Assembly (NCBI GenBank): GCA_900088475.1
Contig: FLMG01001458.1
Coordinates: 1-64,000, forward strand
DNA length: 64,000 nt
Source: Hyphochytrium catenoides
Lineage: Eukaryota; Protista; Hyphochytriomycota
Direction: 5' to 3'
The notes below the pieces were generated by a model. It was not told the DNA's origin. It worked only from the letters and a program-made list of their open reading frames with translations, and did no database searches. Positions 50,301-64,000 of the stretch are shown here, piece by piece (the first letter of the stretch is position 1; the number at the start of each line of letters is the position of its first letter). The translations under genes were made by a program, and so were the position numbers.

Positions 50301-51492
50301 GAGGAGACCAACAAGAAAGGAATCACTCCCTAGAGAGAAATTTCACGCCAGTCTAAATAGGATTGCCCACCTTTCCCGTGAACTCTCTTGCAATGGCTAG
50401 GTTTAGTGTTGCCATGTATACGGAGGACGGCTTGGCCTTAGGTATTGATAATACCTTTTCGTAGCACCGAATGCCATCTTCAGTCCTGCCGTACTTCTGG
50501 TGCAACATGCCGATATTGAGCCAAGCCTAGAATCAGAATAAAGTGAGCGACACAATCGACAAGTTGCGGACGTGATGACCTCTGTCAGTCTCCCTGACTA
50601 CTGAGGGGCTTGCTTTGGGCTAACTGGATTAAATGGCGGAAGACAAAACGTCGTCTTACTTCTGCAGCGGATATATTCTTGGCAAGCGCTCCATTATAAG
50701 CATCAGCTGCTTCTTGTATCTAGAAGAGATAGGCAGATCATAGGTGAGACGAGAGGGTGACTATATCCCATTACCACCAGTCGCCCACCTTTCCAAGCCG
50801 TTGCAATGTTACTCCATAGTCAAAATAGAGGTTGTAGGCATCCCCACCTAGAAGAATGGATGATTTGTAAGCCGCTTCCGCTTCCACGTAGCGCAAGGAA
50901 TAGTGGTAGGCCAGTGCTAACTTGTGGAAGATTGATGAGGATTTTTCTCTCTAATAGTAGCAGCAGCCGATCAGGGATTGAAGGCGACTAAACGCATGCG
51001 CAATAGTGGTCACCTTAATGGCTTCTTCTAGGAAGCCTACAGCCTCAGTGTATCGATGAAGATTAAATAGCGCCCAGCCTGAGCCCACCAAGGCATCAAC
51101 GTTCTCGGGGTCCAACGCCTGGCACCTCCTATAGTAGGAATAAGCTGACTCATAATCTTCCTGTTGAATGACCTGCGCAATTAGCATATTCCTGTTTCCA
51201 GACACAGAAAGCAGCAGTAGCTACAGTTTCCTCATACATTAAACTCCCTGAGGCTTCCAAGCCTGCATAGGTCCTGGGCGAAGTCTTCGCTTACTTTGGC
51301 CGACTTCCCCTCCAGCCTCGCCGTCACTACATCATTGTTGACTTTGTCAGAAGAGAAATCTTGACGCCACGCTACGCGCAGAAGGGCATATTTACCGTCC
51401 TGTTCTACTCCGACACTTGTTCCTAAAGCGATTAAAGGAAGCAACTGGAAGACAGAGACAAGAGCGAAGACTCGGTGGCGAGGACCTGCCAT
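47365..51492 (-). CDS. TPR-containing GT41 O-GlcNAc transferase-like protein, many exons, spans an N gap
   Basis: TPR exons, then LRLGYLSYDFSDHPTSHL, DLQAHTLG|SRPEI..PAPIVVNYLAYPGTMGA, FANFNKLDKLDP..W..ILRQ|VPNSVLWLL, LADLFLD, GAHSTATDALRGGLPVITL, FA|SRVAGSLL. Confidence 0.92.
48174..48190. other. Assembly gap (N run) inside the GT41 gene
   Basis: 17 Ns. Confidence 0.99.
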
Positions 51493-52286
51493 TTGGACGT
51501 TCCCCCTTACCAAGGCTCACGCCGCAACTGAGTGCAGCCAAGTAAGTTTGAACAGACTGTTAACGCCCCATATAGCCGTAGCTTAGTCTGCTCTCGATGT
51601 AGCAGCACCCTTCTGCATCGTTGCACTGATGATAGACTGAGCTCTGGGCGAAGAAATGGTTTGCCACATACTCATCAGCTCAGGAAAATAGTGAGCCATG
51701 CCGCAGACTAGGAACCTGCAGTAGCTGCGGCAGTCAACTTCAACCTTTCTGCTTTGATAATCATGTTGCAGGTAAATATAGTAATTATCTGGTACGCTTT
51801 ACAGTAGCATGGCCTTCTATTCCAGAGCTCTATTCAGAATCACTCCTCATGTGGGCTTCATCGATTCTAGATAAATATAGGGAAAGGAGAAAGGATCAAT
51901 GGGGATAATCAATTTATGACTGATATCGATTTGATTACTGGGAGGCGCGAATCAATCATTGATGATGGTCTCTGAAATGAGAAATGAGAAGATCCACAAA
52001 AGGAGTTTCGCAGATTCTCATCTGCAGAATCAGCCTGCTCCTCGTCTGCTGAGTCCATAGATTAGGAAGAATGACGGTGTCCAGTAGACATACGGTCATT
52101 ATAGCTTTCTGATGACGGCCCTCTATCAATGGGACAAGTATGACTCCATTACTGCCAACAGAAATCTCTCTCGGGAGTCATAGAACAGACCTGTGCATGT
52201 GCACTGTTTAGGATTCCCAACGCGAAAAGCCCGACCGGGCGCATTTAGGAACTTGTGCAATGGCAGGGGCACAGGAGCGGAGGTCG

Positions 52287-55200
52287 ATGGAGAGGGAAGT
52301 AGCGCACCTTCTTCAGGAATGCTCCGAGCAGCTTCGATCGGAGAAGTTGACCGCTAGANNNNNNNNNNNNNNNNNNNNNNNNNNNAAGAGTTCGAGGAAA
52401 AGGTGCATCAGCTGAACACCCCAGTGGGTGGCAAAGTATCAGAGTTCACATCGTGGGCTCGAATTCTCTACATGTTTCTCACCTGCCTCAAACTGGATCA
52501 TCTCAGCGTAAGTCAAAAGGGGAGGAGCCAGGCTAAATCAGATCGCATCATTCTCTTCCGCAAGTACCTGGAGAAAGCAGGTGAGTCAATATGTCTGCAA
52601 AGGCTAAGTAGATGGCTCGTCTAACCCGTCACCCGCTGCAGAATCCCGTGGCCCTCGACTGCATCTCTCTCCCTTCGGACAGAAGTTCCTCAAGAAGCTG
52701 ATCGACCACATCGTTGACGTTTTCAGGCGAAAGGACACTCTTCTTCATCTACTCCCAGATTATTCTGCCATTTTAGAGACCATCGTACAGTGTCCCTGCT
52801 ATCAGAACCTACTGAACGGGGACATGTTCAGGTCTCTCTTCGACACTTACGCGGCGATACTCTTGGATGAGGGTGTGGTGCGCACTGCCTACGTACAGAC
52901 GTTCACAATCATCATGGAAGCAAACCCGAATGATAGTTACGAAGATCTTCCTGCGATTGTATCATTCTACAAAGATTGGTTCTCAAACTGGAGGTCATAC
53001 TTCTTGTCTTATCACCTCATCCCCTTGGCTCTTACCTTCTGCAAAATGTTCAAACTCGACCATGTCTTGCTCTCAGAATAGGAGACTTTGCTTCGTATCC
53101 TTTCTTACTTGCGATCTGTGTCGGTGTCTGTTTCTACGTGCTTTCAGTTTATGCAAGACTCGCGATAGCACGCCTATCTACCGCTTGGTTGACCTGCAGC
53201 TTAAGCTTCACTTAACATTATGCTGCTATCTCTCTGGGCTGATGTTTATGCTTACCTTCTCTGCTTTCTCTTCTGTCCCTAACCTTCTTTCTCCCTTGAA
53301 TCCAGCAAATACGCCAAGGACCCGGGAGTAGGCAAGATGATGCTTAGGTCCTGTAATGGATTGATGCGCCGCTATGGCCGTAGTCTCTCTCCCTTGCTTC
53401 TCGAGGCGGCTCGGCCGATAATATCGTATATACAGCGCTCGTGGCACCAAGTTCCAAGGAGTAAGCTAGAAGATCATTCCCTTTTCATTGTCTACCTCCT
53501 TCAGCTCCTTGAGCCATCAGAGCTGTCACATTATGACCATGGAGTCCTTCTTAGAGAAGTGCGATCTATCTTTGAGTCCCTAGGCCACCCATCCGTCTTG
53601 CAGAATATGGGGAGCTCTCAGTTCCGCCGCTTCACACTGAAGAGTGAGGCCTCATGGATCATTGACGAGTCTTCTACTGGTTACTTCACAATGTTAGCAG
53701 ACTTGGTCATCTATTTAGAGAAGTGTCACAGAGGGGCGGATCGCAGCGCTGCTTCCACAGCTCCTTCGTTACTTGGCAGATATAACAGCTCAGAGGAAAG
53801 GAAAGAGGGAAGTTCAGGCGCCGATGGCAAAGAGTCGGGAAGAAAGAGGCAGAGGACGCAATCGCCGTGGGAAAGACTGATAGAAAGAATTCTCGATAGG
53901 ACTTCTCTAGAAGCCAAGCTTATCTCTCCAGATACCGATGAAGCTGCACGCTTCTCTTTCTCAGTTTCGCAGACCGGAACTCAAGCGCGAGTGCGCTCCA
54001 AGATGATGCATCGGGCATGGGCAGCTGACTTTTTGCCCTGGGTCCAACTCTTCTCCATTCTTTTAGAGCGAGATGGCGCATGGGAACTATTTGAGGGGAG
54101 AATTGACCAAGTAGCGGATGCCTTGCAAGAACTGCTTCAGGAGCTTGTTCAGACTGAAGTTTTAGATGTCCAGTGCTGGATCATCCACTGCCTAACACAA
54201 CTCTCTCTCGTGTGCTCTCATCTAATAGAGAGAAAGAGTGACAGAGAGGGTGAAGCAAACGTTAGAAGGTTGGATGACCTGTGGCTGACGGTGTGGAGGA
54301 CCTTGTTACGGACTGATCTTCCTTTTTCAGCCTCTACTGCGAGTGTTCTTCCTGGGTCCAGAGGAGAGCTGGTTCTTTGCCTCCTCTCGTCCATATTAAA
54401 CTTCAACCTCTCCCTTTCCCTCTCGTTGGAGGAGTTAGAAAGCTTCTGCTCCCTACCCGCCTTCCGAATTCCTCGTCCTGAGGCTACTGGGGTCATTCTC
54501 TCCACCCTTCTCGCCGCTCTAGGCCGAGTGGATAGCACAACCCTCTCTTCCCTCACTGTAGACCCAGCAGCACTGACCGGCGAGCAGAGACAGACTGAGA
54601 CTGGTGGAGCAGTAGGGGAATCTAGCGTGACAACCAGGTTAGTACAGAAGGCTGCTCCTTGCGAATATGTCCTTCCGCCTCTCCTCTATTCTTTACCGTT
54701 GGTCTGCCTCCAGCTACTTGCGCAGTACCTCTAGGCGAAAGCTTATTAATGGGCTGCCTCTTTCTTGCACCATGGTTCTTGGAATCGAATAAGCGCACTC
54801 ACGTTCCCTTTCGCGTTCTACACATTTACGTAGTTCATCGTCCGCAACCTTCATCTAACTCTCCTCCTATACTCAGGACGCTGGTCTTTATCTTGGAGTT
54901 CTTGCATGCGAAGGTGCTTCATGTGGAATATCTGCTTAGTAAGGAGTGGAAGAGCCTCCTACTAGACTCGTCTCGTCTTTCTCTTCTTCTACTAGGGGCC
55001 ATTGGAGGTACAGATACCACACACGTCTGGTCTCGCTATTCCTCTGGTGCTCTCATGACCCTGAGATACAAGCTCTGTCAAGAGCCATCCGTGACTGGGC
55101 CCCTCACGAGGAACAAGCTACAGGAGGTTCTTGAGGTAGACCCGCCGCGGTATGTAAGCCGTCATTCTTCGATTGTGCCTCCTGCAACAGCTCAGTGGAG

Positions 55201-58200
55201 CAATGACCGATTTGACTCTGTCTCTAATGCTTCACCATGGGCCACTTATTCTCTGTCTACTTCTGGTCCAAGTGCTGTGTGCTCGTTGGTGCTCTGTCTC
55301 TACTGAGTTGCTGACCTGGTGGATGTACACTATAGATTTGCAATCAAAGAAACAGCGAGCCGCAGCGGTGGGCTGAACCTCAATGAAACCTTTAGCTCTC
55401 GGAGAAACAGAGAGGTGGCGGATCTTCTACAAAGGGGAAGTACAAGCCAGGCAGAGTTAAGTGAAGCTACAAATGCTCTTGACGCATATGAAGGACCTGA
55501 GCCTCTATTTGAGGCACTGACACCAAAGTCGCGTCTGCAACCTGACAGATCGAGAAGGAAAACACCCGCTCAAGGTGATCGCCCCTGTTTTTAAAAGAGC
55601 AATCTTCTCCCCATCGCACTTTCTCCCACCCCTTTACCTCCAAATGCTGACTTTTGCAAGCTACAGAGATCCCGGATGTCCGCGCATTGAAGGTCATAGC
55701 CGAGCGGATCAGAGAAGCCTGCGCCCTGCTGCTTCAAAGCCCTGACAAGAGACTTCAGAGTCTCGACCTTTCTCTTTTCCTACTAGTCCTAGTACGTTCT
55801 GTTGCCTTTCGCAAGAAACAGAAAAGTTTGCTGCGAGAAATTACTTTCTCTCTTAACGAGCTCCTTCTCGGTATACTAACCAGTCTTAGAGAGGAAAAGA
55901 TTGGGCTTGACATGCCTAGCCTGGCGATGGAGCTGGAAAGACTTGAGTTTCTTATCCTTCAAGGTCAAAAAGGCGAACAAGATCATAAGAAGCAAAGAGG
56001 AGAGAGGTTCTACTTCTTTGAACTCTCTGCGGAGGTCACAGCCATGATAGGAGAGCTGATTGAGGAGTTAGTTGATAGTGGAGAGGGTAGAATGGAGGAC
56101 GACGGAGAAACTCAGACCATGGACATTCAGGACTCCAGACAACGAGGAAAGATAGAGAAATTGTCGTCCCAAGCTCTCTCTGCCTGCCGCAAGTACAATC
56201 TCTACTGGTGCTTCCGACTCCTCGTCCGTGTGACCCCTTCTATAGAGTCTGCCCAGCTTATTGTCCGGACAATCTCCTCCTGGGACATGTATGGAGAGGA
56301 GCTGCCTGCCAGTATCGTCCTTCTTACTCTAATTCCTCAACCTGCAGTGGTAGACTTTGCCGTTAGCTTATTAGGTAACTTGGTTGACTCGCGCTTCCCG
56401 TCGGACCTTTTTCGCCAAATGCAAGTGATGCGCTGCATCTGTGCATTAGCTGACTGGCTCTTCTTGCTTACTAAAGAAGATAGAGAAGATCAGGCACGAG
56501 GACAGGACGTGAGAGGAGACGGAGCAGTAGCTACTCTTCGTTCCTCTGACTCTCTCTCGGCTATCGAGAGTGTTATCTTCCGCCAGCTAACGTCTGACTG
56601 CCCTCGCGCCGAGGTACGCTTGGCCCGGATGTACGCTGCCAAAAAGCTGTGGGTTGTTTTTTCTGAAAGGTTTGCCTCCTTCCTGGATGAGCTGTGGCAG
56701 GTAAGGAAGCTGATACCGTCGTTCTGCTAAACTTCTACTAGCTAACCTGTGGCTGGTTAGAGAACATGCTCACTTCCTTCTCTCTGTGATAATGTATCCG
56801 TCTCTCCTGCTTATTTCCTTCTTGCCGAGCTCATGCTGAAGTAAGTCTCTCTCTCCTCTCTCTCTCCCTTTGCCTCCCTTCCTCCCTCCCCTTCTCCCTT
56901 TCTGTCCCTTTCTCTCTCCCCTCTCACTTCGCTGCAATCCTTCTCTATAGGGCATGAAGGATCCGTCTGATTGGGTCCGTCAATATACGTCTCATTGCCT
57001 TCAGGAGCCGTTCCGACTCTTTCCTGAATCTCATGCAGGAGTTTTTGCCACAGTAACACAGAGCCTACCCCTACCTCTCGCTTCCCTATCCTCTGCCAAT
57101 CTCGAGGAGGATTACGCCTACTTCTTCTCTTCTCTCTTGCTGACCTCAGCACTCTCGCTTTCAGACACCCTGCTTGCTCTCTGGCAAGGACCACTTTCCC
57201 GTTTCTCCAGCGAGTTCCATTCCTGCATAGTTTCCCTCCTCACTATGGCAGCAAGAACTGAGCTTTCACCTTCTGCGGCAATTCTTTTGGAGGCATTGGC
57301 GAAGAGGCTGACTTATCGTTCTCTGAAGAGTTTCCTCTGGGACTTTTCTCCTCCAATCTTGTTCTTGTGGATCAACGAGCATGTAGAGAGAGTTCTTGAA
57401 GAGCACGCTAAGAAGGATAAAGAGGGAGATGAAGCTCTCATTCGTGCACTCTTTGAAAGCTTTCCTTATTCCTTATTTGGTTGCAACAACCTCTTTTCCT
57501 TCTTCTCTAGCTTCAAAGAAGTTCTTATCGGAGTAATTTCAAACCTCGAAGGGAGAGAGAGAGAGAAGCTCCTCTCGTCCCTCGCCCTTGCCCTCGGCAC
57601 AGGGATTCGGCAGTCGGTGACTCCAGAGCTTCTCTCCCCAGCCATTGAGAAGGTTGTTGCCTATGGCCTCGTCCGCGGGGGAGGCACGACTAGTGAAAGC
57701 GGCGAGGTAAGGAGAGAAAGAGCGGAAGAGTCCCCCCTCCAAGGTGTGGCGACATTCCTCAAGGGTGTCATAGGCTCATCTACTGCCTCCTCCTTGGTAT
57801 CTGATGCATTACACCGAATATTTCAAGAGCTTCTCCATACCTGGGTTACCTGCGGAGGCTTAGAGGACACGCGCCCGGTAAAGTTCCAGTGGGCAAGGTG
57901 GCAAAGCGAGCTTTCCGCTTCCTCTCTCATCGCTGACCACCCGGCATCCGTGTCCTTAGTGGACCAACTGAACCCGATGGACGTTATGAGCAGCATTTAT
58001 GCATGTGCACTGCAAGCAAGTGATAGAGCTTCACAAAGCAGGGTTATTGAGGTCAGTACATCTCCTTTTTGTCCACTATCGAAGTCCAAGTATTTACCTC
58101 CAAGTCCTCCGTGAGTTTCTCCTGATTGAGCTAGTTAGCCTTTCTGCTGGTGTCCTACGTCTTCTCTACATTCCCCAACCAATGCGTGTCCGTCTCTCGC

Positions 58201-61200
58201 TATGGTCATAAGGATGCGGCTACTCTGCATCTTTCAGGCTTAGCGGCCAAACTCTTTGAATCGCCTGGGCTAACTTTGGTTTCTCTGTTCGCCTTGTAAT
58301 GCCTTAAAGGTTCTTGAAGAAACACTTGCCTGGTTTGGCAGTCGGCTCTTTGTCTCTCCATGTGAAGAGGTCTGCCTGCGCACTACTCTTTGGATTTTCC
58401 AAGCCTTCCAGGGACAAAGACAGAGTAGAGCTGCTCTTCTTCTTCAAGCTTACAGCGGAGCGCTGAAGAACCTTGACAAAGGGAAAGCGCTGTCAGCATC
58501 GGCCCTGTCTTCCCTCTACCTTCATACAGTTGTGTCTTCCTTAGTATGGATTTGCCAAAGCTCTGGGTCACGTGAAGCGTATGGCACGAAAGAAGCGCCG
58601 CTACAAAGGGAAACATGGGGTTCCGATGACACAGTGAAGCTCTCTCTTTCGAAGCTACTTCAGATGCTTTCTACATACTTTCCAGCCCTCATGTCTGGTT
58701 ATAGACCAGAGCTGGAGGAGATAGTGTCCTACTTCTCAACTGTGGACTTTGAGCTACCCCCTGCTCGCGTCGTAGGAGGAGAAGAGTCATTGAGCAGTTT
58801 AGTCGAAAGGCTTGACGAATTGACGTCAAAGGTAGGCTTATTGGCGTGATGAGCGATACAAGGGAGGGAAAAAGAGGGAGAAGAAGAGAAAAGAAGGATC
58901 ATGTCAGAGACTCCGCGTCACTTGCTGACATCTTGCTTGCCACGATCCCTCCAGTCTCTCAGCACCAGTATGATGGCTGAGGTCCTTGATTATACCTTGG
59001 TCATGCTTGTCAAAACGTTCAAGGAGGTCCCTTCCCTTACTTCACCAACAGCCCGGAGGCAAACCAGAAAGGTGATCTTGCTTTCCATCTCTTTTTTCTG
59101 GTCTTTCGCTAACTGCTACTTCCTGCGAAGGCCTTTCAGGCGGTACTACGGCTATGTGGCCCCGGGCAAAATGAAAGCATTAAACTGAGGGCCGCTTCCT
59201 GTCTAGGAACACTAGGAATGGTACAGATAAACGTTGACCGTGAGGAGGACGAAGTCGAGGAGCAAGAGAGATTATACTCTCGGCCAAGTGTCTATCTTCC
59301 AGACCCAAGAGAGAATTTCCTTAGGTCTCTTTTGGACGTACTTCTCTTTCTGCTGCAGGACAGGAAGCCGCAGGTGGTGACGACGTCCCAGAAGGCATTG
59401 GGACGACTACTGGAGGACCCAGCATTAAGATCCGCCCTGACGGAGAGTGGCGAAGGGGAAAAGAAAAGAAGAGAGAGGAGATGGAAAAGCTATCTGGACA
59501 ACTTCTTAAGGTTCCATACCAACCGGACGTCGGTACGGTGCTGTCATTCAAGACGTGATACTTTGCTCATGTTTTCCTGCAGCTGAGATCTCATCCGCTG
59601 TCTCTCGTCATTACTTTCCAAGCTGCTCTCTTCTCTGCTCTTGCGGGTAGCGGTCGCTTCTCTATCCATTCTTAGTTGGGCACGTTTATGACACGTGTCC
59701 GGTGTTAGTCCTATTTGCCTTTGACAGTCTGGCCAGGTAGCCCTCTTTTCATTTTATCTTATCCTTTCGCCCCTGAATTTGTAGGCTGATTTGTTTCCCC
59801 CGATGCGGAGCCTGAAGGTTGAGAGTCTCTTCAAATCTTGGGATGCTCGAGATGGGTCATACGAGGAGTGGGTCACTGGTGTCGCTCGCTGTTTGTCCTC
59901 TTTGTGTAAAGATAATGCCTTTGCTTATTGTGAAGCCATTCTGGGTCTAAAACCAGAGGTAGCAGAGTTTCTCTTTCCCTTCATGCTCTGGGATATCGTG
60001 GGCAGAGAGGTAATGTCAGGACGACAATTGTGCTGTTCTGCTTCCTTTATTCCTCTCCTCGCCTCCTCGTAAGACTAGCTTCCAAGTCCCTTGTGTTTGT
60101 GTCATCTGTCACCATACCGCCATTGAGTTGTACCTTACCTCCGCTCTGTCCTCGCTCTGACAAGCTCTTGGTGTTGTTCTCTCGTCCAATTCCGGCGCCC
60201 ATTTCTACTCATTCCCTCCTAACCACTTCTACTCATCCTCCTACCTTCCGCTTCTCCTCTTTGCTAGAACCTCGCTCTTGCCGTTTCTCAGTGGTAGATG
60301 ATCCTCCTAAAGATCTTACTGTTTGCTATCTCACCGCTTTTGCGGATTCTTCCTTAACCATCATTTTCGCTTTGACTGAGTACACCGTTCTTCCCTATTT
60401 GTGCTAGGACGTGTCGGAGATTCCCAAACTAGTTCGTGCCTTGATATTGAAAGACTTGCGCGCTTTCACGGACCTTCCGGCGTCGCAGTATGATTCTAGC
60501 AGCACGCAGTACAAAGCTCTGCAAACTATCATCTCAGCACTCAATTTTCTGAGGAAAGCTCAGGTCCAGACCTTCCGGAGCAGATTCAGTCATGGAAGTT
60601 CTCAATCTTTTTCCTCATTCCCCGCTTCTGGAGCACCAGGAGACGAGACCCGTCCGAGTCTTCCTTATACTCTCTTTTTCTCTGATGATCACTTCCTACT
60701 TTTCGCAGAGGCTGCTCTCCGATGCCGGCAGTCCTATCTCGCCCTAATCTTTATAGAGCTCTATGCAGAAACCAAGCAAGGCCGACTTAAAATGCCGGAG
60801 GAGAGGGATACTAGCTCCTTTTTCCAGGTGAGAATGGGAATTTGAAAGAGGCTGAACGGAAACAATCCAAGAACTGAAGGGAAAGGGAAGATGATCATTG
60901 TTCTTTGGAACGGAGAGCTCGTAAGTTGGACGCAAGGATGATGGTAGGAAGGATAAAGAGAAACAAGAGCTAAACCCATAAGGAATGGAGGAAGGGAGTT
61001 ATACTGATAAGAGCTCGTCGATGCTCTCCCCTTAAACGGCTGCTGAGTGCCCACCAGGATCTTCCTCCCTCATGTTAACCTTGTTCTTTATCCTAATTTG
61101 ATCTCATCGTCGGCACGTACGTGGATGCTAACACCGCTGTTTTTCTATGCTGTTCCTCCTGAAGTCCTTTCCTAGCATGACCGCAGCTGGACAACAACAG

Positions 61201-64000
61201 TCGAAGATGGTCCTTCTCCGTGCTTTCCAGGCCATTGGTGAGCAGGACTGCCTGCAGGCAATCTCTGCGGCTGATCTAGAAACAAGAATTGCCGTTTCTC
61301 AGCACCAGTCGCATTGGGGCAAGCTGATGGGGTTACTAGAGACCGCCAACGATATGGAGAGAGTGTCCTCAACTCCTTCTCTGTCTCTTCCCTCTTCTTC
61401 TCCTTCCTCTGCCAGTGATACCAGTAAGAGGATCACTGAGAATGACAGTCAGATGATCTTTTCTTCTAGTCTCATTCGATTAGGACTTCCAAGCCTTGTA
61501 GGTCCATATATTGCCGATATATCGAGGAAGGAAGTAAGTGTCAAGCAAAGCCTCTTAGAAAGGGCCTATGAAGCGGCCTGGAGGCTTCAGGATTGGAACT
61601 TTACGGAGACCAAGGCGGAGCATCTCCATCTCCCCCTACCTGAGAGAGAGAGATTCCAGGAAAGTATATTCTTCCTCATGAAGATGCTGAAGGGAGGAAA
61701 TGAGCCATCCTTTAGGGGAAGAATGGAGCGGCTGAAGCTCTCCCTCCTGCGCTCTTTGGATCAGCCAGGGTCGACTACTAGCCAAGATATGCAGGGTCTT
61801 TCCGACTGCCTTAATAAGCTGCATATATTGGGAGAGATAGCAGAGGCTTGGGATGTCTGCCGGGGAGGGAAAGAGGAGGTTGGAGAAGGAAGCGTACGGA
61901 GTCTATATCGGCGTTGGAAAAGAAAAGAACTCCTCCTGTCAAGCAACTTTACCCGTTCGGAGACTCTTCTCTCTTTACGTGGCACTCTTCTTTCCCTCGT
62001 GAGCGACGTGCTGGCCAGTCACGGAGTAGAAAGCGAGCGGCTGGCTGAGAGCACCGTGGCCCTTGTAGATCAGTATCTTACGGGTTCTCTCCTTGCCAGG
62101 GACGCAAGCCAAATTCAATTATGTCTCCCACTACTGGCTAAGGCTTGGAGGGTGCTTGAAGGTTGTGATACCTTCGCTTCTTCTCTGTCTCGCGGGATAC
62201 CTGGAAACTCCCTTCTTGCCTCTGTCCTTCGCTATCGCTGGGGTCTAGAGTACATCCGCGTACTATGGGCCCAACAGGAGCCCGATGTCGCTATCAACCT
62301 GAGCAGAGAGATAACAAGCGACCTAGAGACCTTCCTGCGTCGAGTCGCCCCGACAATTCTACCTTCTCCAGCCTCTGGGAAAGCAACGTCAGTTGCAACA
62401 AATCACGGGGTTCTGGGCGGAGGAGGAATGGCTTTTCTCCACGAGAGCAATCGAGTGGGCGGACTAGTGAGCATCTTCGCGACTCTTCTCTCTCTCTCTG
62501 GTTCTTGGGTGGCGAGCTCAAAGTCTGAAAACTCTCAGGATATTATAGATGCATACTATAGAAAGGCTATTCAAGCCCTCCACAGGTAAGGTCTCTGCCT
62601 TCATTTTGTCCTTCTACTTCTGCCTTTACATTCACCCATTCTTCTTCATTCTTCACGTGTGAAGCCCTTACTCCTACCCTAACCTTGATTGCCTATCTCT
62701 GCATTGACTCTGCTTCCGTTCCTTACCTCTTCTTGCTCATGCTGCGGCATGGCTCCTCATCCCTATGTTGTTTCGTCATTTGATGGTCGACAGTGGATCC
62801 CAAGCGCGGCGCAGCTCCGTCACGAGAGAAGAGGAGGAAGAGGAAAGTGGCAAGGGAATTGACCTCGGAAGAGCACATCAACTCCTAGGGAACTATGTCT
62901 CCAATCTCTACTTTGGGGTCAAGCAGAGAGTACAATCCCCAGAATGGGCGGCCTGGAGCAACCTTCTAAGCTTTAGAGAGGAAGAGCTGAAGACCATTGA
63001 GAAGAAGAGGATGAAGGTACGTCCATCTTTTCTGCTAGCGCTCTCTCTGCTCATTCTCCGCTGTAAACAATAGCTCTTTCTTTGACTCTTTCTCTTCTCT
63101 ATATCCTTGTCTCGCGGTGTATGCTCTCCACACCCGTCTTTGCATTACTATCACCTATTTCTCTTGGCCCACGCCCGTCTTTGGCTTACTTATTACCTAC
63201 TCATGGCTAAAATGAACCAGACCAAGAATCAGTACCATAGAGCTTTGCAGATCGAATGCGCGAGAGATAGAGAGGAAAGAGAGAGAGTAGAGGCCTCTCT
63301 CGCCGATCTGCTTCTGGAATCTCTCTCCGAATACTCCAAATGCCTTGCATTTTCTTCACAAGAGGGAGACTTTAGCGTAGTCTTCCGCTTCTGTTCGCTC
63401 TGGTTCTCTAATGCTGAGGACCGGAGGGTTAACGAAGTGATGAAGGGAGCGATTGCATCGATTCCTTCTTATAAGTTTGTTCCTCTGGTTTACCAGATCT
63501 TCTCAAGGATAGAAGGTAGAGCTTCCTTTGCCTTCGTTACTAGCAGCATGTCATCCTTACTACCAGCTTGGCTTGGTTTATCGTGGCCCCTAGCCATCTC
63601 CCTTACTTCGCGGATAATCTGGGTGGCTCCAGCTCATCATTTGCCCCCAGTCCTGTTGCCTTTCTCCCCTACCTTCTAACGTTTCCTTGTCCCGACCAAA
63701 GCCTACTTTACCTTGCTTGATCGTCGAAAATCCTGCCGACTAACACTCTTGCCTGCGTACCAGAGAGGACAACATCGTCAAGAAGTGACTTCCAGGATGT
63801 CCTTTCCAGTCTCATTATCAAGATCTGCAGCGAACATCCGCACCATTCACTCCTCCAACTTCTTGCCCTTTCTCGCGGGGATGAAGCTCAAAGTTCACTT
63901 GGCAGTCACATCTCTTCTTCTCCTCTCTCTCCTTCCCCTACCTCTTCGAAAGCAAAGGAGGCAAGAAGGCACTTAGAGCGACTTAAACGAAGCCCGTCTC
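52287..64000 (+). CDS. ATM: Serine/threonine kinase ATM/Tel1 (PIKK), multi-exon, truncated by the window end before the kinase domain
   Basis: TAN-like LRSEKLTAR at the N-terminus. FAT-region motifs KPEVAEFLFPF, ALNFLRK, AALRCRQSYLALIFIELY, YEAAWRLQDW, QSPEW, VFRFCSLWFSN, IPSYKFVPLVYQIFSR, EHPHHSLLQL. Confidence 0.88.
52359..52385. other. Assembly gap (N run) in the first ATM exon
   Basis: 27 Ns. Confidence 0.99.

Noticed and set aside
52403-63976. Fragmented ORFs suggesting an ATM pseudogene
   Set aside because: The breaks I examined coincide with GT-AG introns that restore the frame.
1-64000. CRISPR arrays, operons, intact transposase or reverse transcriptase
   Set aside because: None seen; the DNA is intron-containing eukaryotic sequence.

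Overview
Eukaryotic, gene-dense nuclear DNA with GT-AG introns, (CT)n/(GA)n microsatellites and three N gaps. A Sig/Ocm-type mastigoneme gene points to a stramenopile. Supported genes in order: bacterial MntH-like Nramp (+), two-repeat Myb protein (-), secreted GH14 beta-amylase (+), LSM-domain NAA38/Mak31-like protein (-), tRNA-Gln(UUG) (+), mastigoneme EGF-repeat protein (+), signal peptide-degenerate JmjC-2xFN3-PA-KEEL protein (-), PlsC acyltransferase (-), ABCG half-transporter (+), RRP43 (-), AKAP17A-like (+), SEC13 (+), TOP2 (-), GT41 OGT-like protein with a probable signal peptide (-) and ATM (+, runs off the window). The best unexplained signal is the TOP2-OGT intergenic region (~46.3-47.2 kb). 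It is densely base-paired on the + strand, contains a UAACCCU telomere-template-like motif and ends in a canonical-looking H/ACA domain, so it is a candidate unannotated long ncRNA, possibly telomerase RNA. The gene-free 7-12.5 kb block appears to have undergone CpA>TpA (RIP-like) decay. All gene models and RNA folds were derived by eye; none was computed or searched.
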